A stretch of DNA of 64,000 nucleotides from Gnetum montanum. Taxonomy: Eukaryota; Plantae; Gnetophyta. The translations under genes were made by a program, and so were the position numbers. The stretch covers positions 230,381 through 294,380 of the forward strand of contig MNCI01002010.1 in assembly GCA_015680685.1 (NCBI GenBank), in the 5' to 3' direction. The notes beneath the pieces were generated by a model. The model saw nothing but the letters and a program-made list of their open reading frames with translations. It had not been told where the DNA came from and ran no database searches. This document shows, piece by piece, positions 21,904 to 33,506 of the stretch. Position 1 is the stretch's first letter. Each line of letters begins with the position of its first letter.

Positions 21904-24900
21904 ATGGGCAAGGGAAAGGAGGTAGAAGGATAGGGGAGGAAGGAGCCAAGTTTGACCTTCATGGAGGAGAGTGAGGCAATGCTTTAGTGCTTTCCTAGAC
22001 CCAAGATTCCATCATGGTCAGGATCAGCTTGCAGCTATGCTCTGATCCACTGTGTCAGTTAATTACTCTCTTTCATGTTTGTTGTTTGGGCATATGTGAT
22101 TTGTGCGAGGTCTCTAGTTGTATATTCATTGTATGAGGAAGATGCTAGGTGTAAATAGTTTTCCAGCATGTAGGGTCTACACACTGGGCATAAGTAGTTT
22201 TCTAATGTGTAGGGTTTGCACGCTGGTTATAAGTAGTTTTCCAGCGAGCAAGCTCTACATGCTGGGTGTAAACAGTTTTCTAGTCTGCATCGTTTGCACA
22301 CTGGGCATAAATAATTTTCTAGTGTGTAGGGTCAGCACACTAGGGATAAATATTTTTCCAACATGCAAGTTCTACATGCTGGGTGTAAAAGGTTTTCCAG
22401 CATGTAGGGTCTACACGCTGGGCATAAACAATTGCAACTTTTTTGAAGTGTTGATCCCCAATGCAGAACTTTGTTTTATTATTTTTTTTCCTGTATAGTT
22501 GATTTTCCATGGTTTTTTGGGATTTTGTAGTGATCCTAAGCCTTTCCTCCTAGTGATGGAGCTTGTTGGGGTTTTGGCCTAGTTCGAACCCATTGACACT
22601 GATGAACCTGCTCCTGACATGATCATTGAGCGAAATGAAGTATGGTTCCAGATGGATGCTAGCGAGTTTCTCCCCTTTGTGCTAGTGCATTTTAATGTAG
22701 TAATATGGTCTCACTTGAGTGAGTAGTTAGCACGAAGTATGCTTGAGACCATATTGCTAAGGTCTTCAAATGGCATAATGGCCTTCATGGTAGACATCGA
22801 TGAGGGGCCACTTACTATTGAAGACGGTCCCTCTGGAGGACCCAGATCTACTGTCCCTTGATGCATGTATTGGAATCACTATCAAATGGCTCTTACCATA
22901 TCAATAATAGGATTTTCCTAGATGCTTGTGCACATACATTATTTCAAAATGCCCTGGGGACAATGTATTGGATAGGAAGGTAAAGTTGGTCAATTTATTG
23001 TTTCACCTTGTTACTTATTAGCGGTTCATTCTTTGACTGTTATCTTGGTGTAGGCCTCAATTTGACAACGAAGGTATTATGTATAGGTGACTATGGACTC
23101 GTGTTGGCTCGCATAGCCTTAGAGAACTTCATGGTGGATCCAACCATTTGTGGTGCGGTATTGGCATAGACTATGGATCAAATCATCCACTTCCACAAGC
23201 GGTATTCCAGGGCTCTTGCACAATGCGAGGCTCAAGGATGGCTGCATATGGATTAATCACGTAATGGACTAATTTTCCCTTGGGATGCCTATTTGACTCC
23301 TAGCAATCTGAATCCATTGACTAATGGTAAGTGATGGTATTTTATGTCTGACTTCCCAGTTCTTTTGTTCCATTACCACGTAGGTTATGCTGACTCTATG
23401 GTATTACTTTGTGCATGTAACCGACATCCCCCATGGTGGGGCCACTATCACAACTGGGAGGAGCGAGAGCACCTTCTCCATAAAATTTAGGGAAGTTAGT
23501 GAGGCAAAGTAGTGGCTACATACTAGATCCCTACTACCTATTGTCTATTATTTGAATGACGTCGCCCTCATGAAGCTATTCACCATCCCGAGTTTTGATG
23601 TTTTCGTAACTGAAATGATTAGAATCATTGATTATTTCAACGACTCTATCACTTACTACAACACTCGTATCAAAGGTGTTAAAATAGTCTTCCATCTGTC
23701 AGCCGAGTTCTTTTCAGATCTCTTCGATATCTCTGAAAATGGTGTCAGAGTGGTTCTAGATAGGGCACAGAAAGAACTCCATGTCATCCATGAGTTGGAG
23801 GATTGGTTAAGCATTCTCAAGTGCACTAAAGGATTTCCTATGAAGGGAAAATCAAGGGTAGTTGAAGTGAATGAGCTGTATCCCTTATTTAGAATGCAGG
23901 TGTTTCCCAAATCCCTATCTTAGGTAAAGACCCTTGGGGTAGAACCTGTGCATATCATGCGCACTATTCTAGAGACTAGGGTATGCTATAATTGGGTCTA
24001 ATTTTTGCTTTCGGGTTTCCATGGGGAGATAGTGCGATTACGTTCAAACATTCAGGGACAATCTCACTTCACTTTTGCATTCTTTTCTAGTTATCTATGT
24101 TGACTAGCTGAATTCTTAGTGGTTCATGCAGATAATAAATATCTGTTAAGGGATTGTAATCAATTATCTTGCCCATTGATTAACCACTTATTCAAGGTAA
24201 CCAAATCCCAAGATGCTCCCGAGGGGATCGATGAATCAGTTTCCAATATGATGGAGGGATCATCTGATGCTTCAATTCATACGCATGATAGCCTTGGGTT
24301 GGAACCAGATAATGTGCCCTACACCACTACGAGAGCCAATTGGGTGATTAAAGAAACTATTTGGAAAGCAAAATCAAAGGTTCAGAAGTGTGAACATCCT
24401 AGAGAGGTGGTCCCAAGTGTAGAAGAGCCATGGGTGAAATGCATACATTTTAAGATGCCTGCACGGGGTAAGGGAGCCTGATTCATTGATTCGTCCTTGT
24501 TTTATTGTCATTCATTATCTTTATTTTATTTTAGTTTTTTGATCGTTTATACGAAATTGCTATTGGACCTATGGCTATCTTCAGAGTTGGCTCCTCAAGT
24601 TAGGAGAAAGGAGTTAGAGACTATTCTCAAGGAGGAGGAAGTCCCCATGCATTTAAATGAGTAGGAGGAGACAAGCCAAGATGAGGTAGAGTCAACAAAA
24701 GAGTAGGGGGAAGGCACAATGGAAAAGGAGCTCATTGATGATCAAACTAGCATCGATGAGATGTTTGATGGCTTCCTCAAGGGGAGAGTAGACCTTGATG
24801 AAGAAGAAAGGGATTTTGGTATATTTACTTTATTATGTCTATTTGCCCTTCTAATTGTTCCTTCCATCATTATATGTTTTAATTTTATGTTTTTGCTATT

Positions 24901-26177
24901 TTAAGATGAAAATATTGAAACCAGGATAGTTCCTACGATGCGGTTAGAAGTCCCTATGATGAAGGGTCCCCTCGAAAGAAGGAATAAAGCTAGCCTGCCT
25001 CCAACTCATGAACCATTTACTTGGACCAAAATGCCAAGTAAAATGGACTTTGTCACTAGTATTGTTGACGAGGTGGTCGAACGTATTTAGCAAGCTCACC
25101 TAGAAATAGGTACGAATGTCTCAAACATTTTACTTCTTTCAATTTTCACATTCGTTCTTACCATCTAAAGTATAATGCATGTTCTTTTGTGTGAATAGGG
25201 GCTAAACTAAAGTGGGATCCATCTGAGGTCACTTGTATTGATAGTTTTCCTACACTACTACTAGAGATTGAGCAAGTGCCATGAGAAATCTACAACGAGA
25301 TGGTAAAGTATGTCATTCATAACATTAAGTCTCTTTGGACCTATAGGTGCTCTATCGAAAAACTATGGTTGCGAATCTAGGTAGGGGAAAAAGAGATTTC
25401 CCAGCTATTGGCAGAACGAGATGACCTCAAATCACATTATGAGTTTGCCTCAGCAAGATAAACAAGTGATTGCTCTTGGAAAATATCTGAGATCACTTAT
25501 GCTAGATATTGGAATCTACTAAATTGTCAAGTAACTATGACTTGGGAGCTAGCAGAGTGTAAGGCATAAATAGCCCTACTGAACCTCAAGTGCCAGGACT
25601 GGAAGGCTTTCACTTCTAAGGTGTGAAAATGGGGTCAAGATGAAAAGACCCATAAGCATCATTATAAGAAATCGCTAAAAGAGGTATCAATAGAGAAGCG
25701 TTAGCTAGAGATGTTCGTAGAGGGTCTGGGCCTACTCTCACCTTTTGATGCCTTTGCTAGGCATACCGTGGTTGAGATGGAATCAGCTAATATGGTAATC
25801 ACCACAACTTCTGGGGAAGTTTCTGTGGGTGAGTTTCCTCTTAAACGTCCCACCTGGTCGACAGTGAACAAAGGGAAGGCCTTGGAAAACATTGATTTGG
25901 GCCTTGATGGCACTGACTGGGCCAGTGCCTTCGAGGAAGAAATCCTCCATTAGTTGGAATTTGATTTAGGAGGATCTCCTTCGGTAAGCGGTTTATCGTT
26001 GTGAATTTTGTTTATTAAGTAATTTTTGGTGATTGCTTCCGTCCCTTTTTTTGTTAATTGTTTTCTTTCAGCTTTTTATAGGGTCATGGTGATGATGATG
26101 AAGGAGGACCTAGTGCAGCAGGGAGTCATGATGCTGGGGAGCCTAAGGGGGATGCCCCTCTTGACCCTGATGCTTAG
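21904..26177 (+). pseudogene. Antisense 8-exon accessory gene inside the Ogre-like element (~1089 aa; plant-transposon accessory-type domain, acidic region, putative coiled coil)
   Basis: Exons 21904-22053, 22499-22979, 23054-23326, 23421-24467, 24585-24818, 24906-25109, 25199-25983 and 26082-26177. T-rich GT..AG introns (one acceptor reads AA) with phases 0,1,1,1,1,1,0; single reading frame; about 23 in-frame stops. Confidence 0.85.
22144..22432 (+). repeat. 39-bp tandem array x7.4 in intron 1 of the antisense gene
   Basis: Units (G/A)CTGGG(T/C)(G/A)TAAA..GTTTTCCAGCATGTAGGGTCTACAC start at 22144 and then every 39 nt. Confidence 0.9.
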
Positions 26178-26564
26178 TTTTAAACATTAATGTTATCATT
26201 GCTCTTGTGTTTACATGGGAAGTAACAAGAATGTTTTGTTCCGAATTGTAGATGAGATGATGAATCGGCTAACCATTGTAATTTCCTATTTGTGTATAAA
26301 TATATATATATATATTTGTTTTCAATTTTCATATCCCAGTCTTCTTTTGTTATTTTTCAAACAATGTGTAGATATGGAGTAAAATTTAAGTGCGAACGTG
26401 AAATAAAGCATAAAGATAATTTTAAACGATAACTCTAAGGGGAACATAATGTCTATGACCAAGATGTAACATAAGAATGTGTCTTAGGAATTTAAACTTT
26501 TGTGATGGCTAAAAATATAAGAAACTAAAAATAAAAATAAAAAAATAAAAAAAATATACTGGTT

Positions 26565-26630
26565 CTAGTTTAAGGCCACTTTGGGCCATGGCTAGTTTTA
26601 CGTCATTGCGGACTAGTGTAGTTTAACATC
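26565..26630. repeat. TAGTTT(A/T)A motif x3 just 3' of the gag-PR stop
   Basis: CTAGTTTAAGGCC (26565), CTAGTTTTACGTCATTGCGGAC (26592), GTAGTTTAA (26618). Confidence 0.6.
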
Positions 26631-26633
26631 ATT

Positions 26634-29600
26634 TTAGATTGGATAATTTGTTAATTTTTTTAGCATCTTTTCTATCTTCTTCATTTTTACGGAGGGGGGT
26701 TTAACTAGCACAATTTGATATTCAGCATCTCCTTCACTAATTAGGTTGAATGGTAGCTTGGACCAAGAGACATCTAGCGAAGCAAGCTTTGGGTTGGTAT
26801 CCGTGAGTGTTTCTTGTTTAGATGGTTTTTTCTTAGCTTCTGAGGAAGCACCCTTGATGTGCTGGTTATCCTTTTGGGTTTTGTTTATCTTGTTCATCAC
26901 AGGTTTTTCAAGTTTATGCTCATATGGTGGATCTTGTCATTTGGGCCCTTCAAATTTCACTTCGGAGCCTTGGGTTTCTTCCATGTGAGATGAGATGGTT
27001 GAAGTGGCGGTATCTCCATGGATAATGATCTCACCCCCTTCATATGATAAGTGAATTTCTTGATTAATGGGGGAAGACACTGCTTTGAGCTAGGCTAACC
27101 AAGGTTGTCCCAGGATTAGGTTGAAGCCAGACATCTCATCGCTGACTACGAAGTTTGCAGATGTGGGAAAACAATCCCCTGCTATGAAATCCAATGTCAA
27201 CGTACCTTTTAGTCCTACCCGTGACCCATTAAAAGATTTCATGCATGTTGTGGATGTTGGTTTGATTAAGTCTGTGAGGCCCAAATGCTCAATGATAGGG
27301 TAAGGTACCACATTCGTGGCCACTCCATCATCTATGTGTACCCTATGTATCTTGAACTGATTAACTTGTATGGTTATGAACATAGGTTCATGAGTGACAT
27401 CTCCTGTTCTCTCATTGATTTTAATGTTTTCAAGATGGAATCCCAATGATTTAGGATTGGATTCTTGGCATTTAGACATGACTGCATGTATGGAAGGCTC
27501 ATCTATGGGTAAATTCTCACTAACAGGGATTGAAGTTAACATTTTCACCAAGGCTTCATGGTGCACTAATGAGGTCAAAATGACGTCATACAAGCTTAAT
27601 GATGTGTTCTTCTATATAAGGGCTTACGTGACCTATGTCAGAGAATTAGCTAAATCTTTGCCATTGGATATATTTTTATCCAGGACCACTTGATCCATTA
27701 GGCCTAACAACCGTATTTCATGTGGATTTACTTTCATGTTGTATCTTGTGTTATTTCTTGTAACTGATGTGTTTGTCACTTGCTACATTTCCAATTTTTT
27801 CTCTTTATAACTAGAACTTGACTTATTTTTGTAAGGTGCCATAGGCACTGTACTTAACGGGGTTGGTTTCGGGGGCCCCAGTGCAAGCCATTGGCGTTCC
27901 ATCGTCGAACGCTCCCTCTCTAAACGTTTCCTAGTGCATCTATCTACCAGTTGTTCTTGTGTTGGTTGCATGGGGCCATTCGGGGTTGGAATGTGGGGTT
28001 GTTTTGGGACTTGAATGAAAAATAGAGTGGGATGAGGTTGTGTTGAAGGCGTATGATTTTGAACATCAGTCTACCTATGTTCCTTCACAACAAACAGGGT
28101 GGGGTGATTTTCCGTTGTTGCCTCCATCGTAGCAACTACCCATGGAACCTAAACCACAAAGGGAGTGGGCTGGTTTGGTGGTTTCGTATTAGCGGTTGTA
28201 TTAGTAGAGGGCACACTAACATCAAATAGTTTAGGTTGGTGTGACACTTGTGCTGTTTCCACCGTGGAAGGCACCTAAATGATGAAGGGTTTGCATGGGG
28301 TAGGAGGATATATAGTTTGAAGCGATGTTCGTGGAATAGAGGGAACATGAACCACAAAGGGCCGCCTTGGCATTTCACTGCTATTATCTGCATAAATAGT
28401 GTTAATCGTGTCTGGTGCTTCTTTGGTGTTCAGAGGATCTTTATATATACCCATGGACTTATTTTCGGGTTTAACTAGGTTGGCCTCATCAAATGTGATC
28501 TCACTTGCATCAATCATTCATTGAATATCTTGTTTCAAGGTGAAACAATAGTCTGTACCATGTCTGTTGCATTGGTGATACTCGTAGAAACGATCTACCC
28601 TAAAGCCTCTTGGAACTGGGGCTTCGTCTGGGGTTGCTAAGCTTGGATTGTTGACCAATTGGCAAAATTGGTCATGTTTCTGAATTGTTACGGGGGATAA
28701 TTGTTTATGTTTCATCAACCCAGCCTTTAGGAGTTGGTCAAATAGTTGCGAAGGTTTCATGGGTAGTGGTGTGTACTGAGAGGGGTCTCTCCTCTCAAAA
28801 TTTCTCTCTTGGTCTGAAGTAGCATTTTGAGATATGGACGGCCTAAGTGCAGTAGTGGGAGGAGATTTAGTGTAGTTAGTAGGGGCTATGGGTGGTTTGC
28901 CTTGTTGTTGTGCAGTTGTCCTTTGAGTCTCTACTAATGATGCTATTGATGTTTTAGCCGTTTCTTTATCTTTTTTAGCATGTTGGCTTTTAAAGGCTAT
29001 AGAAGTAGGGTCATGATCATTTTGAGCCACCTCTTCTATGTTCTTTACTTGAACAAAGGCTTGGCTTAGAGTGTGTGTGTTTAGGTAGTACAACTTGGAT
29101 TTGATGAAATCATTTACTTTTCCCTTTAAGATCATGAGCAAGTAGGTCTTAGGTATTGTTTTGTGGAGTTCATTCAATGCAACACTCCATCTCTGAATGA
29201 ATTTCTATACAGGTTCAAGCAGTGCTTGTTTTACGTGTATCAGACTATCCAAGGTAGCTTTGGGTTTAAGGTTATACTTGAATCTAGTCATGAACTGATG
29301 CAAGAGATCTTCCAAAGAAGATATAGAAATACATGGAAAGGACCAGTACCAATTTAAGTCTCTCCCTGTAAGGGACATGACAAAGACACATAGAATCACA
29401 TGGGGCCATGCCTAGAGTAATAAACTTTCCAGTCTAAACATGACTAGATGGGTCTCCTTCCCCATTGTATTTGGTCAGTTGTGGTAGAGAAACCCCTTTG
29501 GGTAGGGTCAATGGAAGTACTGAAGAGTTGATAGGGTCTTCTTGGTAAAAGTCCAAGACCTTAACCTGTTCTCTATTAGCTGTCTTGAGGCGTTTCACTT

Positions 29601-30741
29601 TGTTGATGAGTTCTTGCATTATTCTTTTAGCATCCACCCAGTCTTGAGTGCTCGGTGAAGCGGCAGGTTGTTGTGCAGTGGGGAGGTTGGACTATTGTAC
29701 AATGGGTAGGAAAGTAGAAAGTTGAGTAGTTGGGAATTACGTTTGTGGCATGTTCATTGCTAGTGTCACTAAAGGTGGAATATTGTAAGGAAGAGGTTGT
29801 TGTTATTGTTGTTACCATTGTATTTTGGGAATGTTCACACATGGAATTGTAAAAGGAGGCATGTTGAAATGGGGTGGTTTCTGCGGTTGCATGCAAGTTG
29901 TAGCCCATTGCCCTATTGTGGTTCATTGGGAAACACTTTGAACTTGTTGAGTTGCCATTACAAAATGTGCTCCCTGAGTTTGAATCCATGGTATATAGTG
30001 AGGAGACGTAGAGGCAGGTATCACTGGAGAGATTCCAATCACCTAGGATGGGAGCATGACACCCACATTGGGTTGAGGGGGTTGTTGTTGTGGTTGCACT
30101 TGCAAGAGATAGGGTGACATGGTGACGGGAGGAATAATGAAGGGGGTTATGTTGGATTGGACATCGGTCGAGGGAGGGGCAGGAATAAGAGCGAATGCCT
30201 CTTGTTGAGGCACTTGTGCTTGAGGGGCTCTAAATGGGATAAGGGACATGGTCTCCCCAGTCAGGGGGTGGAATAGCAGATTCACATAAGTGTGTGGGCT
30301 AAGAGTATGATACGATTCCTCATGTTCAGACTACACGGAAAAGTCATCCTCTTCCTCTAATTGAGGATTTACTTGAGAATTTACTATTGACTGGTCTAGA
30401 GATTGGCTCCGAACTAGGAGGAGTTGTGAAATGAGCTCCAAGTAATGTTCTGGTAGAGGAATGATATTGTACGAGGAGGGGATGAACTCATGTCCTCCCC
30501 TATGAATCAATTCGTATTGTCTCTTAGCGTCCATCTTAGTTTGTTCTACTGCTAGGCTGACTTGGATTTTTACACATATGAAATTGTATTGTTCTTGTGT
30601 TATAACATTGAATGATGGGTTTCTCCCTTGCAGTCTAAGAGACCAGTGCGGTCCTCCCATAGGTTGCATGGTGGGCATTTGCACTATCAGGGGGCCAATG
30701 GCATCGGACTTGGTTGAAGTGTTTATGTTGGCGGTATTCAT
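26634..30741 (-). pseudogene. gag-pr: gag-protease of Ogre-like element
   Basis: LPQLTKYNGEGDPSSHV; FVMSLTG..LNWY; Ogre-type knuckle FYEYHQCNRHGTDYCFTLK; protease RVHIDDGVATNVVP..FNLILGQPWL. Confidence 0.92.
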
Positions 30742-30816
30742 GATGAAGTGGTCTTAAATGTAAGGAGTGTGCATGGATGCAAATCTGATTAAGTACAGAA
30801 GTATGAATAGCGTGCT

Positions 30817-30967
30817 TAGCATACCACATACAGGCATTGTTGTCAGCGTACAGTGTATAGGCCCTATTTTTAGTGTACAACATACAGGCCCTTTTGTTAG
30901 CATACAGTGGACATACATTGTTGTCAGTGTATAGTGTATAGGCCCTATTGTCAGCATACAGGGTATG
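30817..30967. repeat. 27-bp tandem repeat x5.5 in the 5' UTR
   Basis: CAGCGTACAGTGTATAGGCCCTATTGT-like units at 30817, 30844, 30871, 30898, 30925 and 30952. Confidence 0.8.
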
Positions 30968-31055
30968 ATGATAGCATGTGAACTAAGTTCACAACGTGCA
31001 GACTACGACTGTCAGCATCCAAATGGAGTGAGGAGAGTGTTGGAAATAGTGTTGC

Positions 31056-31262
31056 AGCATGTAGATAGAGTCTACAGCATGTGAGCATGTGATAGCCCAC
31101 AAACAAGATCTACAGCGTGCAAGCATGGTAGCATGTAGACAGAGTCTACAGTGTGCAAGCGTGGCAATGTGTAGACAAAGTCTACAACGTGCAAGCGTGG
31201 TAGCATGTAAATAGAGTCTATGAGGGCAAGTGTGACAGTGTGTAGAGAGATTCTACAGTGTG
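31056..31262. repeat. ~36-bp tandem repeat with internal palindrome in the 5' UTR
   Basis: TGTAGAC-AGA-GTCTACA-GCGTGCAAGCGTGG-like units at 31134, 31170, 31206 and 31241, plus degenerate copies to the left. Confidence 0.8.
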
Positions 31263-31351
31263 TGGATCTGATGTGCGGCATGTAGATGATGAAATCGTTG
31301 TTACGAAGATGACATAAACTAAGTTTAGAAATCAGATTGGTAGTGAGCAAT

Positions 31352-31374
31352 GTTCGACCCTCCTTCAAGCACCA
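31352..31374 (-). promoter_or_regulatory. PBS, tRNA-Asn type
   Basis: Plus strand GTTCGACCCTCCTTCAAGCACCA resembles the 3' end of plant tRNA-Asn(GTT) (..GTTCGAcCCCTCCTTCTAGCGCCA, recalled); 5 nt from the LTR. Confidence 0.8.
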
Positions 31375-31379
31375 ATTTC

Positions 31380-32601
31380 TGTGCTGTATGAAATCATCAG
31401 TGTAGGGCTAGAATGGAACAGGAACCACTAGATCTACAAACAAGCACAGAAGACCCTACCTTCGCTTGAGGGTGCGCTGGAACGAATGAAGGTAGAGTAC
31501 CTTGGGTGGTCCGCACGCAGATCAGACAAGGATTTTCCCAAATGTATGTCGATTGTAGAATATTCTAGGTTATCTTTAAACAATGTAATGGATGCAAAAT
31601 AGAATGTCAACATGCAGGGACATAATCAAAATGTAAACTATAATCAATGTAAATGTAATAGATTTTGATCGGAAAGAAAGCAATTTTATTGTAAAATGCA
31701 GATTACAGTGCACTGGTCTGAATGTAGTTGTGGGTTTGACAGAAGGCTAGTGAAAAGCCCCAACGGACGTGAAGGAATGGCAATGTACTAGTTGGGACTA
31801 TACGCTCAGTGTGAAGGTTGTACGATTAGCGTGCAGGCTTATGTCCAGTCTCTCAATCAATGCTCTTGTGCTCTATGTATGTGTGATTCAAATTTTTCAA
31901 CCTTTGTTTAGTCAAAAATTGGGGCTTTTATACGATCTTTAGGACATGTAATTCGGATTTGGGAGGGGGCGAGTGGTCGTAAGCAAGGAAATTTTGGATT
32001 ATATGACAAGTGGCTACATTTCTTGAGTGCGGAGAATATTACAACAATGCGGTGTGCTGCATGTCGGCGTATACTCCTACATGCTAGCATGTACATGCTG
32101 GGCATGTAAGCTCAGCGTATAGATTAAAATAAAAGAATACATTTTACAAATGGATGCTACTGTTACAACATGAAGTACTAAACTTGACCCTCAGATTTGA
32201 GCTTTGGTGTCACAAGAATGCTACCTATTGATGTTTACCTTAGTTGGACTAATTCTAACATGGTTCCTAAAGGCTTTAACTGATGCAAGGTGTGCTATAT
32301 GCTGTGCACGATGGGCATGTATGCTAGGTGTTTACACTTGGCATATATGTTGGGCATGTATAGGCCAGCGTCCAGGATGCACACTTAGTGGAAATCAAGT
32401 ATTTTGAGCTAGAGATTTTCCAGGTTTGATGCAAGATGTCAATGTAGCCTTTTTTGAGTTCCAAGAGGTGATTTTTTGTCTATTGCAACTTTGTTTGAAG
32501 TTGTCTGTGAGATCCTCAAGCTCCAATCATGCTGGGGAGCATCATGACCTAGCTTGATTCATGTTGGAGTAGTGCTAAGCTTGGAATTTTGTGGTGTTTC
32601 A
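31380..32601 (-). repeat. 5' LTR of Ogre-like element
   Basis: Colinear with 3087-4280; followed by TSD ATAAG. Confidence 0.95.
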
Positions 32602-32652
32602 ATAAGGTTTTGCAAGAATACATCATATTGAGACATATCTGTATATCCTTGT

Positions 32653-33505
32653 TGAAGAAGCATGATTTGTCAGGCTCTAATATTGGACCCATGATATTGG
32701 ATCTACAATATTGGGCATGCAATATTGCGACCTAAATAATGATATCAGATACATGATATCGTGATTCCTATGTGAGCCTATAAATACACATTTGGACACA
32801 TAGGAAAAGGAAGTCAGAGTTAGTAGCTGTAAGCATAGAGTCATTTTTAGTTCATTTTAATTCTTTCCCTAGTGCATGCACATAATGTGATGATTGTAAT
32901 TGTATGGAACCTTATTCAAGTGTGACGTACTTGGACATGCACATGATCGACAATAAAGATCAAGATTACTTCATCATTGTAGCATTCACTTAACTCTTAA
33001 TTACTTTACTTGTTATCTACTATTTTCTTTAGTTAATATCTACTTTCTTGTCATTTACATTTCATGATATTAAATGAAGAATGAATATGACTTAATCATG
33101 ACCGTTTAAGTGTAAGTACTTGGTATCCCAATAGTGTACCTAGGACATGCACTTGGTAATCCTAGTAGTAGTACATGAGTTCCAAGATGTGTATGGATGA
33201 TTAACGATGGATTCTCATTAAAATTAGGCTAGCTTAGATTCTCTTCTTCCATTACCTATTAGCTTAAACAAGGTCATTTCCATTGTCTCTAGGAGTAGCA
33301 CTAGTTTAGGACAACATCATACACATCACCCTAGACTAAATCATACATGACAAAGAAAATACTAGTCTAGGTGGAAAGACAACGAACTATAATCAACATG
33401 TAACTATCTAAATACCACAACTAGTTTATCTGTGGAGTTGAACTAAATCATATGTGAATGATTGTATTGATATGATTGAGTGTAGGGGTACCTAGCCACT
33501 CATCA
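32653..33505 (+). repeat. 5' LTR element B
   Basis: TGAAG...CATCA; colinear with 39343-40171. Confidence 0.92.
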
Positions 33506-33506
33506 T

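Larger units (their letters stand above)
3087..32601 (-). mobile_element. Full-length Ogre-like Tat (Ty3/gypsy) LTR retrotransposon, degenerate
   Basis: Paired ~1.2-kb LTRs; perfect TSD ATAAG (3082-3086 and 32602-32606); tRNA-Asn-type PBS; domain order gag-PR-[5.6-kb spacer]-RT-RH-aRH-INT on the minus strand. Confidence 0.95.

Noticed and set aside
22144-22432. CRISPR-like array
   Set aside because: Contiguous degenerate tandem units without unique spacers; eukaryotic TE context; no cas genes.
22118-22498. 126-aa ORF with a 13-aa Cys-containing repeat
   Set aside because: Translation of the 39-bp array (a multiple of 3) lying in predicted intron 1; no independent coding evidence.
23327-23383. 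Alternative intron 3 ending at AG 23383
   Set aside because: Gives a 57-nt intron and a frame with clustered stops; the mutated acceptor at 23420 restores the frame of the downstream ORFs.
30754-31368. Repetitive ORFs upstream of gag as a possible Ogre 5' extra ORF
   Set aside because: Translations of the 27- and 36-bp tandem arrays.
31352-31374. tRNA gene
   Set aside because: Only the 3' ~23 nt with CCA, adjacent to an LTR; it is a PBS.
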